Sequence record: OR352941.1
Origin: Escherichia phage AV111
Reading direction: 5' to 3' (one strand)
Length of the DNA stretch: 64,000 bases
The translations under genes were made by a program, and so were the position numbers. Shown in pieces: positions 54,505-64,000 of the stretch. Under the pieces are notes generated by a model. That model was not told the DNA's origin, searched no databases, and saw only the letters and a list, made by a program, of their open reading frames with translations. Within the stretch, counting starts at the first letter, position 1, and the number at the start of each line of letters is the position of its first letter.

Positions 54505-54534
54505 ACTATAACATAATCCTATCAGCATGTAAAC
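54505..54534 (-). promoter_or_regulatory. early promoter copy (GTTTAC-18-TATAGT) in palindrome
   Basis: Repeat family; further related element with duplicated TGTAAACTGTTTTGTG at 54850..54905. Confidence 0.6.
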
Positions 54535-54537
54535 TAC

Positions 54538-54825
54538 TTACAGAAGAGTTTTTGCAATAATTTTAAGCTGAGCTACAGAAATATGCTTAGCTTTAAACAG
54601 TGCAGTCTCTTCAGCCGGAGAGATAACAATAGTAGCGCCGTCTTTCTTAGCAGACCATCCATCCCCTAAGTAAACAGTACCTTTTACTTCTTCGCCGTCA
54701 ACCAGACTAATCATTGGTTTACCCTCACGTCCTTTATTTGTTTTAATAACTTCGGAAGTAAGGGTTGCTTCGGTCAGAGTAGAAACGTTAGCATCAGGTG
54801 ATATAAATTCTTTATAGGTTTTCAT
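54538..54825 (-). CDS. internal head protein with capsid-targeting leader (MKTYKEFISP); ipI-like position next to 57B
   Basis: CTS-like N-terminus; location matches T4 ipI. Confidence 0.65.
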   Translation of the reverse strand: MKTYKEFISPDANVSTLTEATLTSEVIKTNKGREGKPMISLVDGEEVKGTVYLGDGWSAKKDGATIVISPAEETALFKAKHISVAQLKIIAKTLL

Positions 54826-54844
54826 TTTATTTCCTTGAGGTCGT

Positions 54845-55587
<743 letters not shown>

Positions 55588-55591
55588 TTTA

Positions 55592-56326
55592 TTACCTTAA
55601 GATTTTTTCAATTTTAGAATAAAGCTCTTCTAAAGAGCCGTCGTTTGTAATAACTAAATCGCCTTCTTCAATAGGCAACCCAGCTTCTGTAATATGTTTA
55701 TCAGTGGATTCCGTACCAGAGCGAACCACATGAATAACTGTAGCACCCATCGCTCTAGCGGTTTCCATTTCATGGACTTGGCGTGTATCGGTCACAACGT
55801 AGTAATCGAAATCACTTCCAATATAATCCATATAGTTTAATGCAAAAAGCTTAACCCAATACATACGGTCAAATAAATTAACGACAACATCCGTACCGAG
55901 GGCTTGCATAAGACGGCGGATCGACCACGTGTCGTTGATATTATTTATAGCTTCACGCAGGGCTTCGTACGGTTTAATATCTAGATATGAGTATCCACCT
56001 TCTAAGGATGATAATACTTTAACATTATTAATTGGTAAATATTGACTTTGTAAATAAATTAGCGCTTCTTCCATTAATTCAATAACATCCAACTTATTGA
56101 TATTTAATGGTGTTTCACGGTCATATCCGACACCTTCAAAGTATTCGTATTTCAACTCCGTGAATACATCAGGGTTTTCAGCATGTTTACGCCCCCAGGC
56201 TATTGCTAGAGCGTCTTTAATCGGATATGCCAATTGATATTTTACGGATTTAAAGTTTGAATTGATGTAATCAGCAGTAGTGTCTTTACCACTACGTTTG
56301 ATGCCGCTTAAAAAGATTAGCTCCAT
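55592..56326 (-). CDS. 1: deoxynucleoside monophosphate kinase gp1
   Basis: 244 aa; LSGIKRSGKDTTADY P-loop; matches T4 gp1. Confidence 0.92.
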   Translation of the reverse strand: MELIFLSGIKRSGKDTTADYINSNFKSVKYQLAYPIKDALAIAWGRKHAENPDVFTELKYEYFEGVGYDRETPLNINKLDVIELMEEALIYLQSQYLPINNVKVLSSLEGGYSYLDIKPYEALREAINNINDTWSIRRLMQALGTDVVVNLFDRMYWVKLFALNYMDYIGSDFDYYVVTDTRQVHEMETARAMGATVIHVVRSGTESTDKHITEAGLPIEEGDLVITNDGSLEELYSKIEKILR

Positions 56327-56379
56327 AGGTTTTCCTCATATAATTTATGAATGATTATAACATACGGAGCTAGAAGCGA

Positions 56380-56970
56380 TTAACGCAAGGAAGGGTGTCT
56401 AGAAATGGATTTAGATTCGACCGCTTGACGTGGTTGTTGAGATACAATGACTTCACCATCCTTTTCTATCGTCATATACGCGTAGTGAATAGTTGCTACG
56501 CACGTAACGGCAGGGTCAGAGTCTTCAGTGTAACTAAATTCAATTTCACTCAAATCAGAAATCCATGGTTTATAGAAATTTGCCGTCAAAACTACTTCGG
56601 TCTTATTGTTGTTTAAAATGTGCAAAGTAACAAACTCAGGACCATCAGAGTGGGCCGTATTATGTCCTGTTATATAGTTATTAGTGCTGAGCATCCATTT
56701 ATACATGTTCATCCAGGACGTCATGTCTTCATCAACTATAAATCGTACAACAAAAGGGTCGTATTCAAATGTGGTGCCTGCACGCATTGCACGTCCTAAC
56801 CCCATTGTGCCTGTCACAGTTTCAACAACAGGAATTCTCACACCTGGTAATGGTGCCGTCTGGGCATTGAGCACAAAACCTGAAGTTCGTGTACTATCCG
56901 GGATATCCACAACAAAGTTTGTTATATTTGTTTGGTTAAAAATCTGTCTCGTTGGACGAGTCATAAGCAC
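56380..56970 (-). CDS. 3: tail completion / sheath stabiliser gp3
   Basis: Position between 1 and 2 as in T4; length similar. Confidence 0.75.
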   Translation of the reverse strand: MLMTRPTRQIFNQTNITNFVVDIPDSTRTSGFVLNAQTAPLPGVRIPVVETVTGTMGLGRAMRAGTTFEYDPFVVRFIVDEDMTSWMNMYKWMLSTNNYITGHNTAHSDGPEFVTLHILNNNKTEVVLTANFYKPWISDLSEIEFSYTEDSDPAVTCVATIHYAYMTIEKDGEVIVSQQPRQAVESKSISRHPSLR

Positions 56971-57066
56971 CTCAAAAACGCTTTAATAAAAATGCAGTAT
57001 AATGGTTTTAGGTCTCTTCCATTAATCCGGTTCAACAGAATATCAGAAGAACGGAAGAGAATAGAA

Positions 57067-57888
57067 TTAAGATTTCCAAACAGTATTCGCAGAGAAACGT
57101 TTTCCTTTTGACATAAACTGCTGAGTAGGTAACATGATTATGTTAGCCCAGTCTTTAGGAGCTATTTCTGTTATTGTTCCTCTAATGTGGCCTGGCAGGT
57201 ATGCTTTAATCATTTTGTCAGCACCTTGAAATCCTTTCACCTTGCTCCAGTCTATCTTCAACTTTGTGTTATTAGTAATAGTAGTTGTGCTAGCATATTG
57301 CTTCAGCAATTCTTCAAGAAACTGTTGACGTGCTTTAGGTGGGATATAGTGCAAGTTTAACCCGTACATCAAATTATGTTTACCTAATCCCAAATAAATA
57401 ATTAAAGGATATCGGTCCCAGTATGGCAGAGTATCTTTATGTTTAGCATCATACACGTAAGTATAAATTTTGCCTGGCGTAGGCTTGACTACTTTATGGC
57501 CTTTTACACTTTTCTTAATTGTTTCAACGAACCACTTAGATGATTTGTTGTTTACTGCTGCGCCTTCATTTCTAATCTTTTCTCGTATTGAACTGCGAAA
57601 CGAGTTTATCATCAGAAGTTGACGTTCTTGCTTATTGAGTTTATTTTTAGGTTTAGATTCAAGCGTTTCAATTTTCTGTGCAGTCTTAATAGATGATGCA
57701 TATCTAGACATTGCAGATGTAAACGACGAGTATTTTATTCCTTTTGATTCTGCAAATGCTTTTGCAGTGATTCCTTTCTCTTTAGCTTTCTTGTATTCTA
57801 ATCCTATCTCAATCCATTTTCTTTCATTCATAGACTGAGCAATCTTAGGGGCTTGTACGCCTTCAGATATAATTTGGAATATGCTCAT
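57067..57888 (-). CDS. 2: DNA end-protector protein gp2
   Basis: 273 aa, T4 gp2 length and position. Confidence 0.8.
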   Translation of the reverse strand: MSIFQIISEGVQAPKIAQSMNERKWIEIGLEYKKAKEKGITAKAFAESKGIKYSSFTSAMSRYASSIKTAQKIETLESKPKNKLNKQERQLLMINSFRSSIREKIRNEGAAVNNKSSKWFVETIKKSVKGHKVVKPTPGKIYTYVYDAKHKDTLPYWDRYPLIIYLGLGKHNLMYGLNLHYIPPKARQQFLEELLKQYASTTTITNNTKLKIDWSKVKGFQGADKMIKAYLPGHIRGTITEIAPKDWANIIMLPTQQFMSKGKRFSANTVWKS

Positions 57889-57890
57889 AA

Positions 57891-58340
57891 TTACCCCTTG
57901 TATCCGAGTTTCCTAAGTCCGTCTTCGGTTAGAACTCGAAATTTTATATTTCTCTTTTCAGCAACAGCTGAAGCAGCTTTCCATTTGTCACAGTTCACAG
58001 ACCAGGTGTATATTTCATTCATATAACGTTTCTTTGCTGCGGTAGTAAGATTTGCAGGCTTAATAGGTGGCTGAGTTTCTTTCTTTGGTTTTATTTCTAC
58101 AAAGAACTCTTGGCCTGATGCATCTTTCATCCATATGTCCATATAGTATCGACGTTTCTTGCCTTCAGCATTACAAAAATATGGAATTACTGCTGTTTCA
58201 CTACCCCATGCAATAATTTCTGGATTTTTATCCAACCATTCGAAAAAGAATTTTTCCCAGTTTGAACGATACGTTATTTTGGTATGGTCTCCACGGTATT
58301 TTTTTAAATTTTTCGGGACCCATTTACCAGAGTAGGCCAT
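57891..58340 (-). CDS. 4: head completion protein gp4
   Basis: From internal [37 protein letters not shown] matching T4 gp4 (150 aa). Confidence 0.88.
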   Translation of the reverse strand: MAYSGKWVPKNLKKYRGDHTKITYRSNWEKFFFEWLDKNPEIIAWGSETAVIPYFCNAEGKKRRYYMDIWMKDASGQEFFVEIKPKKETQPPIKPANLTTAAKKRYMNEIYTWSVNCDKWKAASAVAEKRNIKFRVLTEDGLRKLGYKG

Positions 58341-58351
58341 GTTGTCCTCCT

Positions 58352-58359
58352 TATAAATA
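58352..58359 (+). promoter_or_regulatory. late promoter TATAAATA for gene 53
   Basis: Exact TATAAATA about 43 nt upstream of the 53 start codon. Confidence 0.6.
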
Positions 58360-58366
58360 GTATTAT

Positions 58367-58374
58367 TATTTATA
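58367..58374 (-). promoter_or_regulatory. late promoter TATAAATA (minus strand) for gene 4, divergent from the gene 53 promoter
   Basis: rc of tatttata gives TATAAATA about 27 nt upstream of gp4 start. Confidence 0.55.
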
Positions 58375-58401
58375 CCAATTTCATATTGGAAGGAGACTAT
58401 C

Positions 58402-58977
58402 TTGTTATTTACATTCTTCGACCCAATAGGATATAGTGCTAAAACAGTTAATAAGAATGCACCTACTATTCCTATGACAGACATATTTCGTAACTATAAA
58501 GAGTACTTTAAGCGTGTGGCTGCCAATTATAGATTACGTTCTTATTACATTAAAGGCTCTCCACGTCCTGAAGAACTAGCGAATATCATTTATGGCAACC
58601 CGCAATTATACTGGGTTCTTTTGATGTGCAACGATAACTACGACCCGTATTACGGTTGGATTACATCTCAGGAAGCAGCGTATCAAGCTTCTATTCAGAA
58701 ATATGCTAATGCAGGCGGCGACCAAGTTCTTTATCATATTAATGAAAATCGTGAGAAATTTTACAATTTGGTTTCATATCCTGACGAGCCTTTAGTGTGG
58801 TACGATAAAGGTGATGAAGCTCGTAAGTATCCGCAATATAAAGGACCTTTAGCTGCAGTAGATACTTATGAAGCGGCAGTATTAGATAATGAAAAACTTC
58901 GTAAAATAAAAATTGTTGCAAAAGAAGATATAAACTCGTTTATCACAGATTTGATTCGTGAGATGGAGATTGCATAA
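58402..58977 (+). CDS. 53: baseplate wedge protein gp53
   Basis: 191 aa; MLFTFFDPIGYSAKTVNKNAPTIPMTDIFRNYK matches T4 gp53. Confidence 0.92.
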   Translation: MLFTFFDPIGYSAKTVNKNAPTIPMTDIFRNYKEYFKRVAANYRLRSYYIKGSPRPEELANIIYGNPQLYWVLLMCNDNYDPYYGWITSQEAAYQASIQKYANAGGDQVLYHINENREKFYNLVSYPDEPLVWYDKGDEARKYPQYKGPLAAVDTYEAAVLDNEKLRKIKIVAKEDINSFITDLIREMEIA

Positions 58978-60710
58978 TGGAAATGATTAGCAGTAGCCTT
59001 AATTGGTTCGTTGGTGTTGTTGAAGACAGAATGGACCCATTAAAACAAGGGCGAGTTCGAGTTCGAGTCGTTGGCCTTCATCCGGCTCAGAGAACACAAG
59101 GTGATGTACAAGGTATTCCTACAGAAAAACTTCCATGGATGACTGTTATTCAACCTATTACGTCTGCATCAATGTCAGGTATCGGTGGTTCTGTTACAGG
59201 TCCTGTTGAAGGAACTCGAGTATATGGTCATTTCTTAGACAAATGGAAAACAAACGGGATTGTACTTGGTACATATGGCGGAATCGTACGTGAAAAGCCT
59301 AATAGACTTGAAGGTTTTTCAGACCCGACAGGCCAGTATCCGCGACGTTTAGGTAATGATACGAACGTATTAAACCAAGGTGGTGAAGCTGGTTATTATT
59401 CAAACTCTAACGTAATTCAAGATAACAACTTAGATTATGGTATAAACCCAGACGATACAGATTTAGCAAATATTCCAGAAGATGATGACCCTAATTTTAC
59501 AATAACAGAAATGTTACGTCGTGACGAAGGTCTTCGTGATAAAGTGTATTGGGACCATCTCGGATATCCTACCGTAGGTATTGGACACCTTATCGTAATG
59601 GAAAAGACCCGAGATATGTCTCGAATTAATAAATTGCTATCTGATCAAGTAGGGCGTGAAGTAACAGGAAATCCGGGAACTATTACATTAGAAGAAGCAA
59701 CAGCGTTATTTGAGAAAGACCTTGCTAAGATGCAGAAAGACATTCGTTCTAATTCTAAAGTAGGTCCTGTTTATGCTAAAATGAACAGATCTCGTCAAAT
59801 GGCATTAGAAAACATGTGCTTCCAAATGGGCGTTGGTGGTGTAGCAAAATTCAATACTATGCTTAAAGCAATGGCCGAAGGTGATTGGAAAACTGCATAC
59901 AAATCTGGGCGCGATTCATTATGGTTCCAACAGACTAAAGGACGCGCTTCACGTGTAACAACAATTATTTTAACCGGTAACATGGAATCATACGGTGTTC
60001 CTGTTAAAACACCGCCTTCACCAGGAGTTGGTGCCGATTTAGTTACTAGAAATACCGATTCAGAAGACCCGGCTGGTCCTCCTGTTCCATTAGATTCACG
60101 CATCCTTTTTAAAGAACCGGAATCAAGTTATCGTGGTGAGTACCCATATGTTCATGCTATGGAAACAGAAAGTGGTCATATCCAAGAATTTGACGATACT
60201 CCAGGTAATGAACGTTATCGCTTAGTTCATCCAACAGGTTCATATGAGGAAGTTTCTCCGTCTGGGCGTCGTACTCGTAAAACTGTAGAAGACCTTTTTG
60301 ACATCACTAATGGCGATGGGAACTTCTTGATTTCTGGCGATAAGCTTGTTAACGTTGGTGCTAATGAAATATATTATAACATGGCAGACCGCCTCCATCA
60401 AATAGACGGCAATGACACAATCTTTATTCGTGGTAACCAATCTAAAACTGTTGAAGGCGATGGAACTCTTTACGTTAAGGGTAATATCAAAATAGTTGTT
60501 GACGGAAATGCAGATATTCTTGTTAAAGGCGATGCTAAAACTCAGGTCGAAGGGAATCATGATTACACCGTCAACGGAAACGTTAAATGGACCGTTAATG
60601 GTAATGTTGATATGACTGTTGCCGGGGATTGGGCAGAAACAATGTCTACAATGAGCTCAGTAGCTTCAGGACAATACACTGTTGACGGATCTCGTATCGA
60701 TATTGGGTAA
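58977..60710 (+). CDS. 5: baseplate hub / tail lysozyme gp5
   Basis: 577 aa; MEMISSSLNWFVGVVEDRMDPLKQGRVRVRVVGLH N-terminus, central lysozyme domain (DEGLRDKVYWD...GIGHL), C-terminal VxGxxxxx beta-helix repeats. Confidence 0.95.
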   Translation: MEMISSSLNWFVGVVEDRMDPLKQGRVRVRVVGLHPAQRTQGDVQGIPTEKLPWMTVIQPITSASMSGIGGSVTGPVEGTRVYGHFLDKWKTNGIVLGTYGGIVREKPNRLEGFSDPTGQYPRRLGNDTNVLNQGGEAGYYSNSNVIQDNNLDYGINPDDTDLANIPEDDDPNFTITEMLRRDEGLRDKVYWDHLGYPTVGIGHLIVMEKTRDMSRINKLLSDQVGREVTGNPGTITLEEATALFEKDLAKMQKDIRSNSKVGPVYAKMNRSRQMALENMCFQMGVGGVAKFNTMLKAMAEGDWKTAYKSGRDSLWFQQTKGRASRVTTIILTGNMESYGVPVKTPPSPGVGADLVTRNTDSEDPAGPPVPLDSRILFKEPESSYRGEYPYVHAMETESGHIQEFDDTPGNERYRLVHPTGSYEEVSPSGRRTRKTVEDLFDITNGDGNFLISGDKLVNVGANEIYYNMADRLHQIDGNDTIFIRGNQSKTVEGDGTLYVKGNIKIVVDGNADILVKGDAKTQVEGNHDYTVNGNVKWTVNGNVDMTVAGDWAETMSTMSSVASGQYTVDGSRIDIG

Positions 60711-60713
60711 TAT

Positions 60714-61229
60714 ATGGCACAAATACTTCCTTTAAATACCGACTTAGGAGAAGACATGGAAGGGGCGTCTATTGACGTCCTTTTTACTCCACAGTTAGAA
60801 ACAACCGAAACTTTAGTGTCAATAAATATAACAGATTATGAACCGACACAAGGCATTACGGTAGATGGTAATCGTTTATATGGAACATATGAAAGTGTGT
60901 TTAGCTTTTCTTCGGACGCATTGAAATACCGATTAAATGATGATTTTGAAACCGCATCTTCATGGGATGATTTACCAAAAGATGAGTCCACACAGTTATA
61001 TTTGTGGAGAGCTCCTCAGAATCTTCGTAAAGTGTTTAGTTATACGGTTGAAATGATTTATAACTACCAAGAAGAAAGTTCATCAGGAGGTTCTAGAAGT
61101 GACTCTGGTACAGAACCTCCACCAGCTCCAGTACAAAAAACTCTTACTAAGGTTTATACAAAAACTATAGTAGGAAATTGGAGCAAATGGGCTCATCAAT
61201 TACGAAACTATGTTTATGTGAGGCCGTGA
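60714..61229 (+). CDS. 5.1: gp5.1-like baseplate-region protein
   Basis: 171 aa ORF directly after gene 5. Confidence 0.65.
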   Translation: MAQILPLNTDLGEDMEGASIDVLFTPQLETTETLVSINITDYEPTQGITVDGNRLYGTYESVFSFSSDALKYRLNDDFETASSWDDLPKDESTQLYLWRAPQNLRKVFSYTVEMIYNYQEESSSGGSRSDSGTEPPPAPVQKTLTKVYTKTIVGNWSKWAHQLRNYVYVRP

Positions 61230-61231
61230 AA

Positions 61232-61525
61232 ATGTCTGGCTTAAGTTACGACAAGTGCGTTACAGCAGGTCATGAAGCATGGCCTCCTACTGTAATAAAT
61301 GCTTCCCAATCTAAAGTATTCACCGGCGGTATTCCTGTTCTTGTAGCAGGAGACCAAATAACACCTCATACAGAAATTAAAAAACCGTACGAGACTCATG
61401 GTGGTGTTACTGAACCTCGTACATCTAAAGTATACGTCACCGGTAAAAAGGCTGTTCAAATGGCTGACCCAATTTCATGCGGGGATACTGTTTCTCAGGC
61501 CTCGTCAAAAGTCTTTATAAAATAG
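61232..61525 (+). CDS. 5.4: gp5.4 PAAR-repeat spike-tip protein
   Basis: 97 aa from internal MSGLSYDKC; PAAR-like ITPH/GDT repeats; T4 gp5.4 size. Confidence 0.75.
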   Translation: MSGLSYDKCVTAGHEAWPPTVINASQSKVFTGGIPVLVAGDQITPHTEIKKPYETHGGVTEPRTSKVYVTGKKAVQMADPISCGDTVSQASSKVFIK

Positions 61526-61530
61526 GAATT

Positions 61531-63504
61531 AAAATGGCAAACACTCCTGTAAATTATCAATTAACCCGAACAGCGAATGCTATTCCCGAGATTTTTATCG
61601 GGGGCACATTTGCCGAAATCAAACAGAACATTATCGAATGGCTCAACGGGCAGAATGAATTTCTTGATTATGATTTTGAAGGTTCACGTTTAAACGTATT
61701 GTGTGACCTTTTAGCATATAACACTCTTTACATCCAACAGTTCAGTAATAGTGCAGTGTATGAAAGTTTTATGCGTACTGCAAACTTGCGTAGTTCTGTT
61801 GTACAAGCGGCTCAAGATAACGGATATCTGCCTTCATCTAAATCAGCAGCACAAACAGAAATTATGCTCACGTGTACGGATGCATTAAATAGAAACTATA
61901 TCACCATTCCACGCGGCACTCGTTTCTTAGCATACGCTAAAGATACTTCTGTTAACCCGTATAACTTTGTTTCTACTGAAGATGTCATTGTAGTTAAAGA
62001 CAAAAATAACCAATATTTTCCACGTCTTCGATTAGCTCAAGGACGCATTGTTCGCACTGAATTAACATTTGATAGATTAAAACCTATCATTATTCGTGAT
62101 AAGAATATTGACCGTAATTTGGTTAAGTTGTATGTTGACGGAGCAGAATGGATTAACTGGACTCGTAAGTCGATGGTTCACGCTGGTTCTACGTCAACAA
62201 TCTATTATATGCGTGAAACAGTTGATGGGAACACCGAATTTTATTTTGGTGAAGGCGAAATCTCTATTAACACATCAGAAGGTGCGTTAACATCTAACTA
62301 TATTGGTGGCCTTAAACCTGTTCAGGGTTCTAAAATCGTAATTGAGTATATTTCTACTAATGGCGCAGATGCTAATGGTGCTGTAGGATTCTCTTATGCT
62401 GATACATTAGCTAATATCACAGTTATTGGAATTAATGAAAACCCAAGTAATAACCCTGACTTCGTTGGTGCGGATGGCGGTGGCGACCCTGAAGATATTG
62501 AACGTATCCGTGAATTAGGTACAATTAAACGCGAAACTCAACAACGATGTGTGACTGCGACTGATTACGACACATTCGTCTCTGAACGATTTGGTTCTAT
62601 TATTCAAGCGGTTCAGACATTTACGGATTCATCTAAGCCTGGGTACGCATTTATTGCTGCCAAACCTAAGTCTGGGTTATATTTGACTTCTGTCCAACGA
62701 GACGATATTAAAAATTATCTTAATGAGTATAACTTAGGGACGATAACTCCTGTTGTTATTTCTCCTGATTATTTGTTTATTAAAATGAATATTCGCGTTA
62801 CGTATGCATTGAACAAATTACAGGAATCTGAACAATGGTTAGAAGGCCAAATTATTAATAAAATCGACCGTTATTATATTGAAGACGTGGAAATTTTTAA
62901 CTCGTCATTCGCAAAATCTAAAATGTTAACGTATGTCGATGACGCAGATATTTCTATCATTGGTTCGTCTGCGACTATTCAAATGGTTCGCGAGGTACAG
63001 AACTTCTACAAAACACCTGAAACAGGTATTAAATACAATAACCAGATTAAAGATAGAACATTAGAATCTAACGTGTTTTCATTTGATAGTTTACGCGTTG
63101 ACCCTGAAACGGAAGCTACTATTAAATACGACGTTCGCATTGTAGGTTCAGATAGAAATGACCGCGGCATTGGACAAGTTATTATTGGCCCGTTTGCAGA
63201 TGGCGACGTTATAGAAAACGCTTATATTCAACCATATACTGGTGACGATTTTAATAAACTTCATGTTACGGACGGAAGAAACAAATATTACTCTATAGGT
63301 GAAGTAAATTATCCGGCTGATTCAATTTATTGGAATATAGCTAAAATTGATTTAACTTCTGATAGGTTTGAAGTTCAAACTATTGAACTCTATTCAGACC
63401 CAGCTGATGATGTTATCTTTACTAAAGACGGGTCGTTAATTGTATTTGAAAATGACTTACGTCCGCAATATTTAACCATAGATTTGGAGCCTATTTCACA
63501 ATGA
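61531..63504 (+). CDS. 6: baseplate wedge protein gp6
   Basis: Start at MANTPVNYQLTRTANAIPEIFIGGTF matching T4 gp6 N-terminus. Confidence 0.92.
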   Translation, partial: KMANTPVNYQLTRTANAIPEIFIGGTFAEIKQNIIEWLNGQNEFLDYDFEGSRLNVLCDLLAYNTLYIQQFSNSAVYESFMRTANLRSSVVQAAQDNGYLPSSKSAAQTEIMLTCTDALNRNYITIPRGTRFLAYAKDTSVNPYNFVSTEDVIVVKDKNNQYFPRLRLAQGRIVRTELTFDRLKPIIIRDKNIDRNLVKLYVDGAEWINWTRKSMVHAGSTSTIYYMRETVDGNTEFYFGEGEISINTSEGALTSNYIGGLKPVQGSKIVIEYISTNGADANGAVGFSYADTLANITVIGINENPSNNPDFVGADGGGDPEDIERIRELGTIKRETQQRCVTATDYDTFVSERFGSIIQAVQTFTDSSKPGYAFIAAKPKSGLYLTSVQRDDIKNYLNEYNLGTITPVVISPDYLFIKMNIRVTYALNKLQESEQWLEGQIINKIDRYYIEDVEIFNSSFAKSKMLTYVDDADISIIGSSATIQMVREVQNFYKTPETGIKYNNQIKDRTLESNVFSFDSLRVDPETEATIKYDVRIVGSDRNDRGIGQVIIGPFADGDVIENAYIQPYTGDDFNKLHVTDGRNKYYSIGEVNYPADSIYWNIAKIDLTSDRFEVQTIELYSDPADDVIFTKDGSLIVFENDLRPQYLTIDLEPISQ

Positions 63505-64000
63505 CAGTAAAAGCGCCAGCAGTCACGAGTCTCAGATTATCTAAATTGTCCGCAAACCAAGTTCAAATTCGCTGGGATGAGGTTGGCGCTAATTTCTACT
63601 ATTTTGTGGAAATAGCTGAGACCAAAACAGCTAATGGGGAAGAAATTCCCCGTAATAGTTATAGATGGACTAATTTAGGATATACCGCTGATAACAATTT
63701 CTTTGAGTCTGGTTTAAATTCATTAACAACATATATGATGCGTGTGGCTACAGCAGCGGAGGGATTTGAGCAGTCTGATTGGAGATACACCGAAGAGTTT
63801 GAAACATTTGAAATAAACGCTTACACATTCCAACATATGATTGAAATGCAATTAGCTAACGAGTTTATTTCTGAAAAATTTACAAAAAATAATACAAACT
63901 ACGTTGATTTTAATAATGACACGATCATGGCAGCACTGATGAGCGAGTCGTTCCAATTTAGTCCTGCATACACCGATGTGTCATCGATTAGAAATTTTAT
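63501..64000 (+). CDS. 7: baseplate wedge protein gp7, N-terminal part (runs off window end)
   Basis: ATGA overlap with gp6 stop; MTVKAPAVTSLRLSKLSANQVQIRWDEVGANFYY; position after gene 6. Confidence 0.85.
   Translation, partial: MTVKAPAVTSLRLSKLSANQVQIRWDEVGANFYYFVEIAETKTANGEEIPRNSYRWTNLGYTADNNFFESGLNSLTTYMMRVATAAEGFEQSDWRYTEEFETFEINAYTFQHMIEMQLANEFISEKFTKNNTNYVDFNNDTIMAALMSESFQFSPAYTDVSSIRNF

Overview
This window is a 64-kb stretch of a T4-like (Tevenvirinae) coliphage genome, most likely an RB69-like phage: the 903-aa family-B DNA polymerase at 6986..9697 matches the RB69 gp43 sequence as I recall it, and lysozyme, RegB, DenV, gp55, gp49 and NrdC are clearly homologous to T4 but not identical. 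Gene order is collinear with T4. On the minus strand it runs uvsX (truncated at the window start), 42-like, 43, regA, 62, 44, 45, rpbA-like, 46, 47, 55, nrdH, nrdG, nrdD, 49, nrdC, tk, regB, denV, e, nudE, a tRNA region, 57B, 57A, 1, 3, 2 and 4; the baseplate genes 53, 5, 5.1, 5.4, 6 and 7 follow on the plus strand. The most interesting accessory content is the uvsX-43 interval, where T4 carries beta-gt, 42 and imm. Here it holds a divergent thymidylate-synthase-family hydroxymethylase, a P-loop kinase-like protein, two unknown proteins of 299 and 386 aa, and a three-gene sugar-nucleotide cassette (SIS sugar-phosphate isomerase, HAD phosphatase, fused nucleotidyltransferase/kinase). There is no alpha-gt between 47 and 55. 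Together this looks like a phage-encoded pathway for an NDP-sugar donor for DNA glycosylation, most plausibly the arabinosyl-hmC type reported for RB69-like phages. Other features are three free-standing homing-endonuclease-like genes (one apparently frameshifted, one abutting tRNA-Arg), three tRNAs, five internal-protein genes with a capsid-targeting leader, a tandem family of small paralogs, many copies of a stem-loop-embedded early-promoter element with matching repeated terminator hairpins, a macro-domain-like protein, and a Pol-beta-type nucleotidyltransferase next to a P-loop ATPase. All calls come from reading the sequence and ORF translations; no database search was run, and all promoter, terminator and tRNA coordinates are hand-derived and approximate.
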